Under the pieces are notes generated by a model, which saw nothing but the letters and a program-made list of their open reading frames with translations, had not been told where the DNA came from and did no database searches. Below are positions 9,687 through 20,362 of a DNA stretch of 64,000 bases, in pieces (position 1 is the stretch's first letter; every line of letters begins with the position of its first letter). Source of the DNA: Clostridia bacterium (GTDB taxonomy: Bacteria; Bacillota; Clostridia; TANB77; CAG-465); assembly GCA_045536565.1 (NCBI GenBank), contig JAZSNU010000020.1, positions 2,727-66,726 of the forward strand, in the 5' to 3' direction. A program made the position numbers and the translations under genes.

Positions 9687-10220
9687 TTATTTAACTGTTA
9701 TTTTTATTGGAATGTTAGTATTTACAATTGCTTTTTCATCAGTTTCTTCATCATAATACATAATGTTAAACATTCCTTCATACTCACCATTTGAAAGAGT
9801 TATATTTTCTTTTAAATCAAGTTCGTATATAGCATAACTTGGTGGTATTCTATTTGATTCTGCTATTACAACATCATTATCATTTTGTTTTATAATTACT
9901 TGTAATACCATACTTTGAGTTGACCTTGATGGATTTTTAAAATTAATAGAAACTTGTCCACTCTTTAAATCAATATCCACCTTGTTCGAATATGATAAAG
10001 AAACTGCTCCTCCACCTTGACTTTTTTCCATTTTATCTCCTGAGTTAGGAAGGAGCACAATATTATCATCTTCTTTCCCTGGTGCATAATCTACATATTT
10101 AGGTTCTTTAAAAAATACTAAATATACTATTATTCCTACGCATGCTAATATTATTAAAAGTAGAAATACTACTAGCTTATTTTTTCTTTCTTGTTTTTCT
10201 GCTCTTCCTTTTCTACTCAT
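9687..10220 (-). CDS. N-terminally membrane-anchored (type II) beta-rich extracellular protein
   Basis: Basic N-tail, one TM helix (LVVFLLLIILACVGIIVYLVFF), then about 140 aa hydrophilic beta-rich domain; start overlaps the upstream stop by 8 nt (translational coupling). Confidence 0.55.
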   Translation of the reverse strand: MSRKGRAEKQERKNKLVVFLLLIILACVGIIVYLVFFKEPKYVDYAPGKEDDNIVLLPNSGDKMEKSQGGGAVSLSYSNKVDIDLKSGQVSINFKNPSRSTQSMVLQVIIKQNDNDVVIAESNRIPPSYAIYELDLKENITLSNGEYEGMFNIMYYDEETDEKAIVNTNIPIKITVK

Positions 10221-10833
10221 TTTCTCTTTCCTTTCTTGTTTTTATTATTGCAAGTAATATAACTAAAATTGTACATAGTAGAATAATAAATATTACAAGT
10301 GGTGCATTATTTGTTTCATCACCTTTTATTATATCTACTAAATCCTCATACACATTAATATCTTCATTATTATCTGTTTTTATTTCTCCAGCTTGTCCTA
10401 TAACTATATAACAATCATTTGTTATCTTTTCTATCTGATTACCATTATTATCATATATTTTTATTATTTTATCCTCATTAGAATATTCTTCTAAACTAAT
10501 TCCAGATAGTATATTTTCTTTATTATCTAATATTTTCAAGTAATATACATTGTCATTTTCATCTATTTCTACCTTTGTTTTTAACCATTCAAGCGATTCA
10601 TTAGAAACTTCAAAAAGCATGATATTTAAATCCTTACTTACATTTTCATTTAATACTATTCTAATTTTGTCATCATTTAAATCATATTCTACTTTATTAT
10701 CAACTATTTCTTTTGTATGCTTACTAGTATTATCAGTATAGTTATATTTTATAACTATATCTTTACTTGTATCTGCATTTACATTTCCTAATAACACAAA
10801 TAACAAACATAAAATTACACCTATTTTCTTCAT
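10213..10833 (-). CDS. secreted protein with signal peptide and C-terminal TM anchor plus basic tail
   Basis: Signal peptide MKKIGVILCLLFVLLGNVNA; C-terminal hydrophobic segment LVIFIILLCTILVILLAII followed by KTRKERENE; sortase-independent anchor topology. Confidence 0.55.
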   Translation of the reverse strand: MKKIGVILCLLFVLLGNVNADTSKDIVIKYNYTDNTSKHTKEIVDNKVEYDLNDDKIRIVLNENVSKDLNIMLFEVSNESLEWLKTKVEIDENDNVYYLKILDNKENILSGISLEEYSNEDKIIKIYDNNGNQIEKITNDCYIVIGQAGEIKTDNNEDINVYEDLVDIIKGDETNNAPLVIFIILLCTILVILLAIIKTRKERENE

Positions 10834-11322
10834 CTATCTATCACCTATTATAATTTTACTATTTAAGCTAACTGTTCCTTTGCTGTAATATGTTTTAGGG
10901 TCATAACTCATTATTTTAATAATAACTTCTTTACTTTGTTTTAAGTTCTCTACTTTTATATTTTCAATTTGTTCACCTGGTTTTATTAAACCTGTTTCAC
11001 TTAATACATTTTCATCTTTTTCATATATTCTTAGCTTTACAAATACATTATTTTCTTCTAAGGATCTAAAATATATTTTTATATTGTTCTCTTCATCTAA
11101 AATTAAATTATTACAAATTCCAACAACATATCCCTCTGCCACATTTATTTCTGCATATTGTAATTTTCCATCTATTTTAGTATCCAATATGTTTATTGCA
11201 TTTTTATCAAATTGCGGCTTTTTAAATTCTTTTTTTGAACTTGTCATAACTGCTATAATTATTGTTAAAATTATTATTAATATTGTTATTACTACTAATA
11301 TAACCATTCCTTTATTTTTCAT
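10834..11322 (-). CDS. N-terminally membrane-anchored small extracellular protein
   Basis: Start set at ATG after RBS AGGTGGA; single N-terminal TM (VILVVITILIIILTIIIAV) then a hydrophilic domain. Confidence 0.5.
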   Translation of the reverse strand: MKNKGMVILVVITILIIILTIIIAVMTSSKKEFKKPQFDKNAINILDTKIDGKLQYAEINVAEGYVVGICNNLILDEENNIKIYFRSLEENNVFVKLRIYEKDENVLSETGLIKPGEQIENIKVENLKQSKEVIIKIMSYDPKTYYSKGTVSLNSKIIIGDR

Positions 11323-11335
11323 ATTTCCACCTATA

Positions 11336-11812
11336 TTACTGCACACTCATAGTTATTCTTCCCACTTTTATATATTCATCTTTGTCAGAAGTTATTGTTC
11401 CTGCCATACTGAAAGTTACTTCTTCTTTACTATTTTTATCTATTTTAACTCTATCTTTATTAAATTTTCCAGTAATACCCATACCTCTTTTAGTTTGTTC
11501 ATATTTAAAACTAATTGTAATTGGTTCATCTGAAAAATTTTTAATATCTATTTTATTATTTTTATTTATCCATTCAGTTTCTGTCACTATATCATATTGT
11601 TTTTCTTTATCATCCCACTTAATATCTTTTGTTTCGTTATATGTAAAGTTCATATTATCCCATGATATTTCAATATCATATACTGATTCTTCTTTATCAT
11701 CTATCCCTTCAACTTCACCTACTGTTACATTTTTAGTAGATGTACAATATGATGTTGAAATACATAATAATATAACTAAGCCTATTAATACTTTTAAATA
11801 TATTTTTTTCAT
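11336..11812 (-). CDS. secreted (possibly lipo-) protein, family member 1, first gene of the cluster
   Basis: Signal peptide MKKIYLKVLIGLVILLCISTSYC (possible lipobox LLC); shares YDIEISWDNMNFTY and C-terminal VGRITMSVQ with the 220/226-aa paralogs; start at ATG after RBS AAGGAAAGAGGAAAT. Confidence 0.55.
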   Translation of the reverse strand: MKKIYLKVLIGLVILLCISTSYCTSTKNVTVGEVEGIDDKEESVYDIEISWDNMNFTYNETKDIKWDDKEKQYDIVTETEWINKNNKIDIKNFSDEPITISFKYEQTKRGMGITGKFNKDRVKIDKNSKEEVTFSMAGTITSDKDEYIKVGRITMSVQ

Positions 11813-11934
11813 ATTTCCTCTTTCCTTCATGCAAAGTATAACACAATAAAACTTTTATTACAATACATTTGTTATGCATAATTATATATTTTATGCATAT
11901 ATAATTATATTAGTAAATGTAATGAGAGGTAATT

Positions 11935-12108
11935 ATGAAAAAATTTAAAATACCATCTATACCACCAACAACAAATAAATGTATTAGATTTCCAAATAAT
12001 ATTATTGAAGAAATAGAACAATGTATAGAAGGAAAAGATTGTACTTTCACAGCATTTGTTGTAGAAGCAGTTAGAGTGGCATTAGAAAATTTAAAAGAGG
12101 AACAGTAA
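11935..12108 (+). CDS. YlcI/YnfO-like (DUF3950-type) small DNA-binding protein, 57 aa
   Basis: Manual translation MKKFKIPSIPPTTNKCIRFPNNIIEEIEQCIEGKDCTFTAFVVEAVRVALENLKEEQ; IRFP..[IV][IV]EEIE...FTAFV.EAV motif of the YlcI/YnfO family; divergent from the secreted-protein cluster; rho-independent terminator overlaps its stop. Confidence 0.5.
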   Translation: MKKFKIPSIPPTTNKCIRFPNNIIEEIEQCIEGKDCTFTAFVVEAVRVALENLKEEQ

Positions 12109-12139
12109 AATTAATTTTTTTACTGTTCCTCTTTTCTTG
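12097..12139 (+). terminator. rho-independent terminator (GAGGAACAGTA ... TACTGTTCCTC + T-run)
   Basis: Perfect 11-bp stem followed by TTTTCTTG. Confidence 0.7.
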
Positions 12140-12193
12140 TATTGATATTTCAATTTTTTTATGCTATATTTTTTATATAGGAGGATATAGAAA

Positions 12194-12817
12194 ATGAAAA
12201 AATTATTTATAACTTTAATAGTTTGTATATGTGTAGTTTTAATTGTAACTATTATTACTAGAACAGATTTATTTAATAAAAAAACAACACCTAACATTTC
12301 ACAAAAAAATAATTATGATGTTTCCGAAATGCTTGAAAATATTCTAAACATTTCAAATATTTATGTGGAATATACTGACATGGATAATAAAACTACTTAT
12401 ATTTACAAAAAAGATTATCTAGAAAAAACTGTTTCTAATTATAGTACAAAAATATTCGATACAAAAGATAATATATCTAAAGTTTATAAAACCGATTCAA
12501 AAGAAGGTATTATATCGCCTATCTCTGATTTGAATTATAAAAACTCATATTTTTATTATTGTAATACAATTCTTGATACTCTTAAAAATAATAAATATGA
12601 AATACTTAATGACTCTATAAACGGAAAAGATTGTATAAAAGTTGTATTTAAAGATGAAGATTTTGAAGCTTGGTTTGAAAAAGAAAATAATTTATTAATA
12701 AAAATTTATTCTAATAAAACTAATGGTACTGTAGAATTTAAAAATATAAAAATTAATTCTTTAACTGATGATGATTTTAAAGTTCCTAACGATGTAATCT
12801 TAAAAGAAGTAAAATAA
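12194..12817 (+). CDS. membrane-anchored hypothetical protein (N-terminal TM, Asn/Lys-rich ectodomain)
   Basis: RBS TAGGAGGATATAG; one N-terminal TM helix; no catalytic motif. Confidence 0.55.
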   Translation: MKKLFITLIVCICVVLIVTIITRTDLFNKKTTPNISQKNNYDVSEMLENILNISNIYVEYTDMDNKTTYIYKKDYLEKTVSNYSTKIFDTKDNISKVYKTDSKEGIISPISDLNYKNSYFYYCNTILDTLKNNKYEILNDSINGKDCIKVVFKDEDFEAWFEKENNLLIKIYSNKTNGTVEFKNIKINSLTDDDFKVPNDVILKEVK

Positions 12818-12919
12818 TAAAACAAATAATATTACGATTGATAATAAATTTAATTATCCTTAATCCTTTATAAAAAAATAACAACAGCTCTACTGTTGCT
12901 ATTTTTTATATATTTTTAA

Positions 12920-13477
12920 TTAACATCTTTCCATGTATTCACCAGTTCTTGTATCAACACGGATTCTATCTCCTATTTCAACAAAGATTGGTACATTGAA
13001 TTCTACACCCGTTTCAACCTTAGCTGGTTTAGTAGTTCCTGTAGATGTTGCACCTTTTATTCCTGGTTCTGTATATACTACTTCAAGTTCTACAAACAAT
13101 GGTGGTTCTACACCAAATACTTTTCCTTTATATGATAATACTTTAACATCCATATTGTCTTTAAGGTATGGTAATATATTTTCTACATCATCCTTAGATA
13201 ATTCTAATTGTTCATATGTATTATTATCCATAAAAGTATATGTTTCTCCATCGTTGTATAAGAATTGCATTTCAGTAATAGTTACTTGTGCTTCTTCAAA
13301 TTTTTCTGATGGGTTAAATGTTTTTTCCATTGTTGTATTGTTAATTATATTTTTTATTTTAGTTCTAACAAATGCTGCACCTTTACCTGGTTTAACATGT
13401 TGGAATTCAACTATTCTATATACGTTTCCATCCATTTCAAATGTTGTACCATTTCTAAAATCTCCTGCTAGTACCAT
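12920..13477 (-). CDS. efp: elongation factor P
   Basis: Conserved [12 protein letters not shown] loop region and overall EF-P length (185 aa). Confidence 0.95.
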   Translation of the reverse strand: MVLAGDFRNGTTFEMDGNVYRIVEFQHVKPGKGAAFVRTKIKNIINNTTMEKTFNPSEKFEEAQVTITEMQFLYNDGETYTFMDNNTYEQLELSKDDVENILPYLKDNMDVKVLSYKGKVFGVEPPLFVELEVVYTEPGIKGATSTGTTKPAKVETGVEFNVPIFVEIGDRIRVDTRTGEYMERC

Positions 13478-13492
13478 AAAAACCTCCGATTA

Positions 13493-13837
13493 CTATTTAA
13501 TTTTTTCAACTAATGCTGCAAATCCTTGGCTGTCTGAAACTGCCATTTCAGCTAACATTTTTCTGTTAATGTTTATATTAGCTTTTTTAAGACCAGAAAT
13601 AAATTTGCTGTATGACATTCCATTTTGTCTAGCTGCTGCATTTATTCTAGCTATCCATAATCTTCTAAAATCTCTCTTTTTATTTTTTCTTCCAACATAA
13701 GCATACATACCTGATTTCATAACAGCTTGGTTAGCCATTCTAAATCTTATGCTTTTTGCTCCATAATATCCTTTTGCTCTTTTTAATACTTTCTTATGTC
13801 TTGCTCTTGTTGTAACTGCTCCTTTTACTCTTGCCAC
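13493..13837 (-). CDS. rplT: 50S ribosomal protein L20
   Basis: [26 protein letters not shown] ... typical L20. Confidence 0.96.
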   Translation of the reverse strand: MARVKGAVTTRARHKKVLKRAKGYYGAKSIRFRMANQAVMKSGMYAYVGRKNKKRDFRRLWIARINAAARQNGMSYSKFISGLKKANININRKMLAEMAVSDSQGFAALVEKIK

Positions 13838-13870
13838 AATAATTCCTCCTAACTTTTCCTAATTTATCTA

Positions 13871-14068
13871 TTATTGATATGGTAATAATTTCTTCATTGC
13901 ATTGCTGTTTGCTGAATCAACATATGCTGCTTCTCTAAGACTTCTTTTTCTTTTTGAACTTTTACCTGTTAATTTGTGTGCTCTGTTTGCTACAGTCTTC
14001 TTAGCAATTCCTGATTTTGTAATTTTAATTCTCTTTTTTGCACCACTATGGCTTTTCATTTTTGGCAT
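13871..14068 (-). CDS. rpmI: 50S ribosomal protein L35
   Basis: MPKMKSHSGAKKRIKITKSG typical L35, 65 aa. Confidence 0.95.
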   Translation of the reverse strand: MPKMKSHSGAKKRIKITKSGIAKKTVANRAHKLTGKSSKRKRSLREAAYVDSANSNAMKKLLPYQ

Positions 14069-14081
14069 AATTAATTCCTCC

Positions 14082-14600
14082 TTATTTGCTTTGTTTTGGC
14101 GATATTATAACATTTAAGAATTTTCCTTCAAGCTTAGGTTCTTTTTCTACTTGACCTTCTTCAATTAAAGAAATAAATTTATCAATTATTTCTCTTCCTT
14201 TATTTACGAAGCTAAGTTCTCTGCCTTTGAATCTTAAAGAAACTTTTACTTTATCACCAGATTTTAAAAATTTATTAGCATTTTTTGCCTTAACTTCTAA
14301 ATCATGAGTATCAATACTTGCTGATAATCTAACTTCTTTAAGTTCAACTACTTTTTGTTTTTTTCTAGCTTCTTTTTCTTTTTTAGCCATTTCGAATTTA
14401 AATTTACTGTAATCTAGTATTTTACAAACTGGTGGATTACCATTAGCACCTACTAATACTAAATCTTTGTCCTGATCATAAGCTTTTTCGATAGCCTCTT
14501 TTACAGACATTTCTCCTAATCTTTCACCATTTTCTCCAATTACTTGTACAGTATTTGCCCTAATTTGCTCGTTAATTAAAAAATCTTGTTTTATATTAAT
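14082..14600 (-). CDS. infC: translation initiation factor IF-3 (non-ATG, probable AUU start)
   Basis: IF-3 C-domain in the ATG-ORF; frame continues upstream through ...QDFLINEQIRANTVQVIGENGERLGE, the IF-3 N-domain; candidate ATT start at about 14600 a few nt after GGGGGTG; infC classically uses AUU. Confidence 0.8.
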   Translation of the reverse strand: MNIKQDFLINEQIRANTVQVIGENGERLGEMSVKEAIEKAYDQDKDLVLVGANGNPPVCKILDYSKFKFEMAKKEKEARKKQKVVELKEVRLSASIDTHDLEVKAKNANKFLKSGDKVKVSLRFKGRELSFVNKGREIIDKFISLIEEGQVEKEPKLEGKFLNVIISPKQSK

Positions 14601-14760
14601 ACACCCCCATAAAAAAAGATTGCTTAAAGCTCAAGCAATCTCCTCACATACAAAAATTAAAATATATACATATCATTAAAAACATTTTTGTATTACCTTG
14701 ACTAAGACAAAACTTGCAAGGTGAGAAGATAACTTCTACTTTACAAATAATATTATACAT
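14601..14760 (-). ncRNA. probable L20-responsive leader / transcription attenuator of the infC-rpmI-rplT operon
   Basis: Hairpin GATTGCTTGAGCTTTAAGCAATC followed by a T-run immediately upstream of the infC start (minus strand), preceded by a second palindrome CTTGCAAG; matches the L20 autoregulatory attenuation arrangement of low-GC Gram-positives. Confidence 0.4.
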
Positions 14761-14933
14761 TATTTTTTCTATTTGTCAATAATTATGTAATATATATTTA
14801 AAATTTATTTATATATTATTCTTAATGTATTCTATATGTTTTTAGTTACATTACTTATACATCAAAAAGCAATTTGTTTTAGGTGCATATTTATTTCAAA
14901 TAATATTATAAAATGCTTACTGGAGGATATATT

Positions 14934-15137
14934 ATGAATAAATTAAAAATTCCTAAAAACCATAGTGGTATTAGTAAAACACTTCGTTTACCTGAAAATA
15001 TTGTAGATGATGTTCAAAACCTTGCAAATATTAAAAATTTATCTTTTAATAAAACAGTAGGTTGTTTATTAGAGTTTGCATTAAATAATTTAGACGAAAG
15101 TGATAAATCTAATTTAGATAAATTAAAATATAATTAA
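14934..15137 (+). CDS. YlcI/YnfO-like small protein, second paralog (67 aa)
   Basis: MNKLKIPKNHSGISKTLRLPENIVDDVQNLANIKNLSFNKTVGCLLEFALNNL aligns with the 11935 protein ([IL]R[FL]P.N[IV][IV] ... SF[TN] ... E[AF]); RBS GGAGGA 6 nt upstream of the ATG. Confidence 0.5.
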   Translation: MNKLKIPKNHSGISKTLRLPENIVDDVQNLANIKNLSFNKTVGCLLEFALNNLDESDKSNLDKLKYN

Positions 15138-15176
15138 ATTATCTTATATATGAACAAAGAGAAGATGTGTATATTT

Positions 15177-15449
15177 TTACATTTCTTCCCTTTTTGTATA
15201 TTCTAATTTAATTTTAGTATCATTATCCATATTTAAAATAATACCATTTTCTAAATAGTCAATTTTATATATTTGATTTATATTTATAATAATTTTTACA
15301 TTTTGTTTATTTTCTATACTTAACAAATCATTTTTTATATTATATGTATAATCAAATATATAAAAATTTGTTTCAATAAATCCTAACTGAGAAACCAATA
15401 TGTTTCTTTCTTTTTTACGATTCAAAAATCTAATTATCTCTTCGTTCAT
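15177..15449 (-). CDS. hypothetical protein
   Basis: Start set at ATG (MNEEIIRF) after RBS AAAGGAG; no motif recognised. Confidence 0.45.
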   Translation of the reverse strand: MNEEIIRFLNRKKERNILVSQLGFIETNFYIFDYTYNIKNDLLSIENKQNVKIIININQIYKIDYLENGIILNMDNDTKIKLEYTKREEM

Positions 15450-15543
15450 ACTAACATACTCCTTTATATTAGTATGGCAAAAAAATATATTTATATACAA
15501 AAAATTAGTTATGCTCCTTTTTTTCATAACTAATTTCTTAATA

Positions 15544-16065
15544 TTAATACTCTATATTAGGCTCACCAAATATATCAACATTTATATCACAATCATATCC
15601 ATTACTTTCTAAATAATTTTCATAATACTCATCCACTTCCACTCCGTGTAACATTTCAGTATATTCCTCTGTAATATTATTTATATATCCCGTATATGCT
15701 CTATCTTTATTCTTTATAACTACCTGAGCATATTTACTTTGAAGTAGTGTTTCAGCTTCAATATAACCTGTAAATTCATTTATATCAAATTCCTGTTTTA
15801 ATTCAGTTATAACTGTTTCAAGAAAACTTGGTATGTTTGCGACTAATACTACAATTACAATACAAAAAACGATTGAAATAATGATTGATACACTGCTAAG
15901 TATAACTCCTGCTACTCCCATACCTTTACCATTTTTATCTTTTCTCTTTCGTGCAACAGCTACTATTGATACTATTAAAGCAACTAGTGAAAGAATAATA
16001 TTAAAAACTGGAATCCAAGATAGTAATAAACTTAGTAAACCTAATACTAAACTTGCTATATACAT
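15544..16065 (-). CDS. membrane protein (two N-terminal TM helices, acidic Tyr-rich C-terminal domain)
   Basis: Hydropathy pattern only. Confidence 0.5.
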   Translation of the reverse strand: MYIASLVLGLLSLLLSWIPVFNIILSLVALIVSIVAVARKRKDKNGKGMGVAGVILSSVSIIISIVFCIVIVVLVANIPSFLETVITELKQEFDINEFTGYIEAETLLQSKYAQVVIKNKDRAYTGYINNITEEYTEMLHGVEVDEYYENYLESNGYDCDINVDIFGEPNIEY

Positions 16066-16188
16066 ACTATCATCTCCTTACATTTTATATTGTTAGTTTA
16101 ATATATTATCATTTATATGTCAATTAAATTTAAAAAATATGCCTAGAAATTTTCTAGACACATTATTTCATAATTTTTGATAATTAAT

Positions 16189-16536
16189 TTAGTTATTTTG
16201 TTTTTCGAATTCATTTCCTATATCTTCCAAAATAGTGTTTCTTAATATTTTTTCAATTACACCATAATCTTCTGATATTTGAAAATTAATTTCATTTTTC
16301 TTAGCAATATTATTTAATTCTTTAATACTTGCTAATATTTTATCTTTTTGAGCATCATCCATTAACCTACCAAGAAATTTTCTTAAATCATTTCCAATAA
16401 TTTTAATTCTTACTTCATTTAAATAAGCAATTATTTCATTTGCTTTTTGGTATTCAATGGGATTTTTTTCTTTCAATTCTTTTAGTAATTCCTTTATTTT
16501 TTCTTTCATGAGTTTGACTCCTTCCTCATTAACCAA
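16189..16536 (-). CDS. hypothetical helical protein
   Basis: ORF with RBS GAGGAAGGAG; no motif recognised. Confidence 0.45.
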   Translation of the reverse strand: MVNEEGVKLMKEKIKELLKELKEKNPIEYQKANEIIAYLNEVRIKIIGNDLRKFLGRLMDDAQKDKILASIKELNNIAKKNEINFQISEDYGVIEKILRNTILEDIGNEFEKQNN

Positions 16537-16580
16537 ATTAATCCTTGTATATTATACCATATTTACATACTTATGTCAAC

Positions 16581-17246
16581 CTACTTAATCATATCGTTCA
16601 TATTTTTTGATACTTTTGTTACACTTGATTTATTAAGTTTAGTTTTTACAATATCATATGCTCGTCTTATTTCTTGTGATTTAGCTACATCTACAACTTC
16701 TGTTTCAGCACTTGCAAAATCTCTCATTTCTTTATCTGGTCTATCTAAACCAACTGTAACAGAAGCTGCAATATATAGCCCAAAATTTCCCATTTCTCTT
16801 CTCTTTACTCTTTGTCTTTCTGTCATCTGGCGTTTTTGTTCTATTGTTTTAGGAGTTAATGGCACAAAACTGTCTTCAAACTCTTCTGCATAATCAAAAA
16901 CTTTAAATAAACCATGCTTTTTTGCAACTTTATCTATCATTATCATATTTGAAATTATATTAGAATGATATCTTGTTCTTTTATTATCCAAATCCTGTAC
17001 ATATTCTACAATATCTTCTGACGAATCATGTTGCTCTCTAAACTTCATAATTCTATCTTCATCATTACATACGCTATCTAAATAATTTTCTATTGCACTT
17101 ATAAAATCATCTACTTGTTCCAAATAGAAATTTGCATCTTCTTCATCAACTTCTTTTCCTTTTTTCTCTTCAAAAAAAGTTACATATTGTCTTAATTTAG
17201 ATAAAACTCTATCTACATCAGGAAAATCATTTTTAACTCTCATCAT
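16581..17246 (-). CDS. hypothetical protein occupying the position where gyrA is normally found
   Basis: Intact 221-aa ORF immediately downstream of gyrB; acidic; no topoisomerase motifs. Confidence 0.5.
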   Translation of the reverse strand: MMRVKNDFPDVDRVLSKLRQYVTFFEEKKGKEVDEEDANFYLEQVDDFISAIENYLDSVCNDEDRIMKFREQHDSSEDIVEYVQDLDNKRTRYHSNIISNMIMIDKVAKKHGLFKVFDYAEEFEDSFVPLTPKTIEQKRQMTERQRVKRREMGNFGLYIAASVTVGLDRPDKEMRDFASAETEVVDVAKSQEIRRAYDIVKTKLNKSSVTKVSKNMNDMIK

Positions 17247-17260
17247 ATCACCCTATATTG

Positions 17261-19192
<1,932 letters not shown>

Positions 19193-19248
19193 CTAATTTA
19201 ATATATTATATTTTATACTAATTTTTTTCCTTTTTCTAGATTTTATCA

Positions 19249-20340
19249 CTAATTTTTTATTTTTTCAACCATGCCACCAGAAACTTTATAAAAAGAAATG
19301 TTACATAAATGTTTCAAAATGTCAATTTCTGTTGTAGTTATGATGGTTTGATAGTTTTTTATATACTCTAATAAATACTCTATTCTATTGTTATCAAGCT
19401 CTGATAAAACATCATCTAAAAGTAATATTGGTACTTCTTCTTTTTCATCTTTTAATATTTCAAGTTCTGATAATTTAAGTGTTAAAAGTGCTGTTCTATT
19501 TTGTCCTTGCGAACCATAAGTTTTAACTTCTAATTCATTTATATATACTTCAATATCATCTCTTTGAATTCCTTTGCTAGATGATTTTTTTAAAGTATCT
19601 ATATATCTATGTTTTTTTAATATGTTATATATCTCTTGAATATCTAAATTTACAAAATCAGAAATGTATTTTATTTCTATAACTTCTTTTGAATTTGTTA
19701 AATCACTTTGTATTTTTTTAGCATAGATGTTTATCTTTTCAATTAATTTCTTTCTTTCACCGCAAATGTATTTTATATACTCTGCAATTTTTTCATCTAA
19801 TATATCTAGATAATAATTATCTATTTTTGAACTTTCTTCTTTTAGAAGTGAATTTTTAATAGCTAATATTTTGTTATACTCTTGAAGTTTAACAAGATAA
19901 TTTTTGGAAAGTTGACTTAGTAACATATCTATAAACTTTCTTCTATTCTTAGGTGAACCTTTTACTATATCTAAACTTTCTGGTGAAAATATAACTATAT
20001 TATACTTACCTATTATTTCAGATGCTCTTTTTATATCAATATCATCTTCTTTTATTTTTTTCTTAGAATCTTGATCAATATATAATTGTATTTTTGATTT
20101 TCTTTCTAACTTATCAACAAAATCCACAAAAATATTGGTATAACTTTCATTAAAATTTATAACTTCACTTTCTTTACCAGTTCTGTACGATTTAGTAATA
20201 GCTGACATATATATAGATTCTAATATATTTGTTTTCCCTTCTGCATTATTTCCAAAAAACACATTTATATTTTTATCTAATTCTAATTCAAGATTTTTAT
20301 AATTTCTAAAATTAACTAATTTCAAATTAGTAATATACAT
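19249..20340 (-). CDS. recF: DNA replication and repair protein RecF
   Basis: Walker A GNNAEGKTN, signature LSGGQ-like (SQGQNRTALLTLKLSE), Walker B LLLDDVLSELD. Confidence 0.93.
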   Translation of the reverse strand: MYITNLKLVNFRNYKNLELELDKNINVFFGNNAEGKTNILESIYMSAITKSYRTGKESEVINFNESYTNIFVDFVDKLERKSKIQLYIDQDSKKKIKEDDIDIKRASEIIGKYNIVIFSPESLDIVKGSPKNRRKFIDMLLSQLSKNYLVKLQEYNKILAIKNSLLKEESSKIDNYYLDILDEKIAEYIKYICGERKKLIEKINIYAKKIQSDLTNSKEVIEIKYISDFVNLDIQEIYNILKKHRYIDTLKKSSSKGIQRDDIEVYINELEVKTYGSQGQNRTALLTLKLSELEILKDEKEEVPILLLDDVLSELDNNRIEYLLEYIKNYQTIITTTEIDILKHLCNISFYKVSGGMVEKIKN

Positions 20341-20362
20341 AATCTTATTTATACTCCATAAT

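Noticed and set aside
12091-12297. 68-aa minus-strand ORF overlapping the terminator and the start of the 12194 gene
   Set aside because: Antisense to a gene with a good RBS. It spans an intrinsic terminator hairpin. Lys/Leu/Phe-rich AT-frame artefact.
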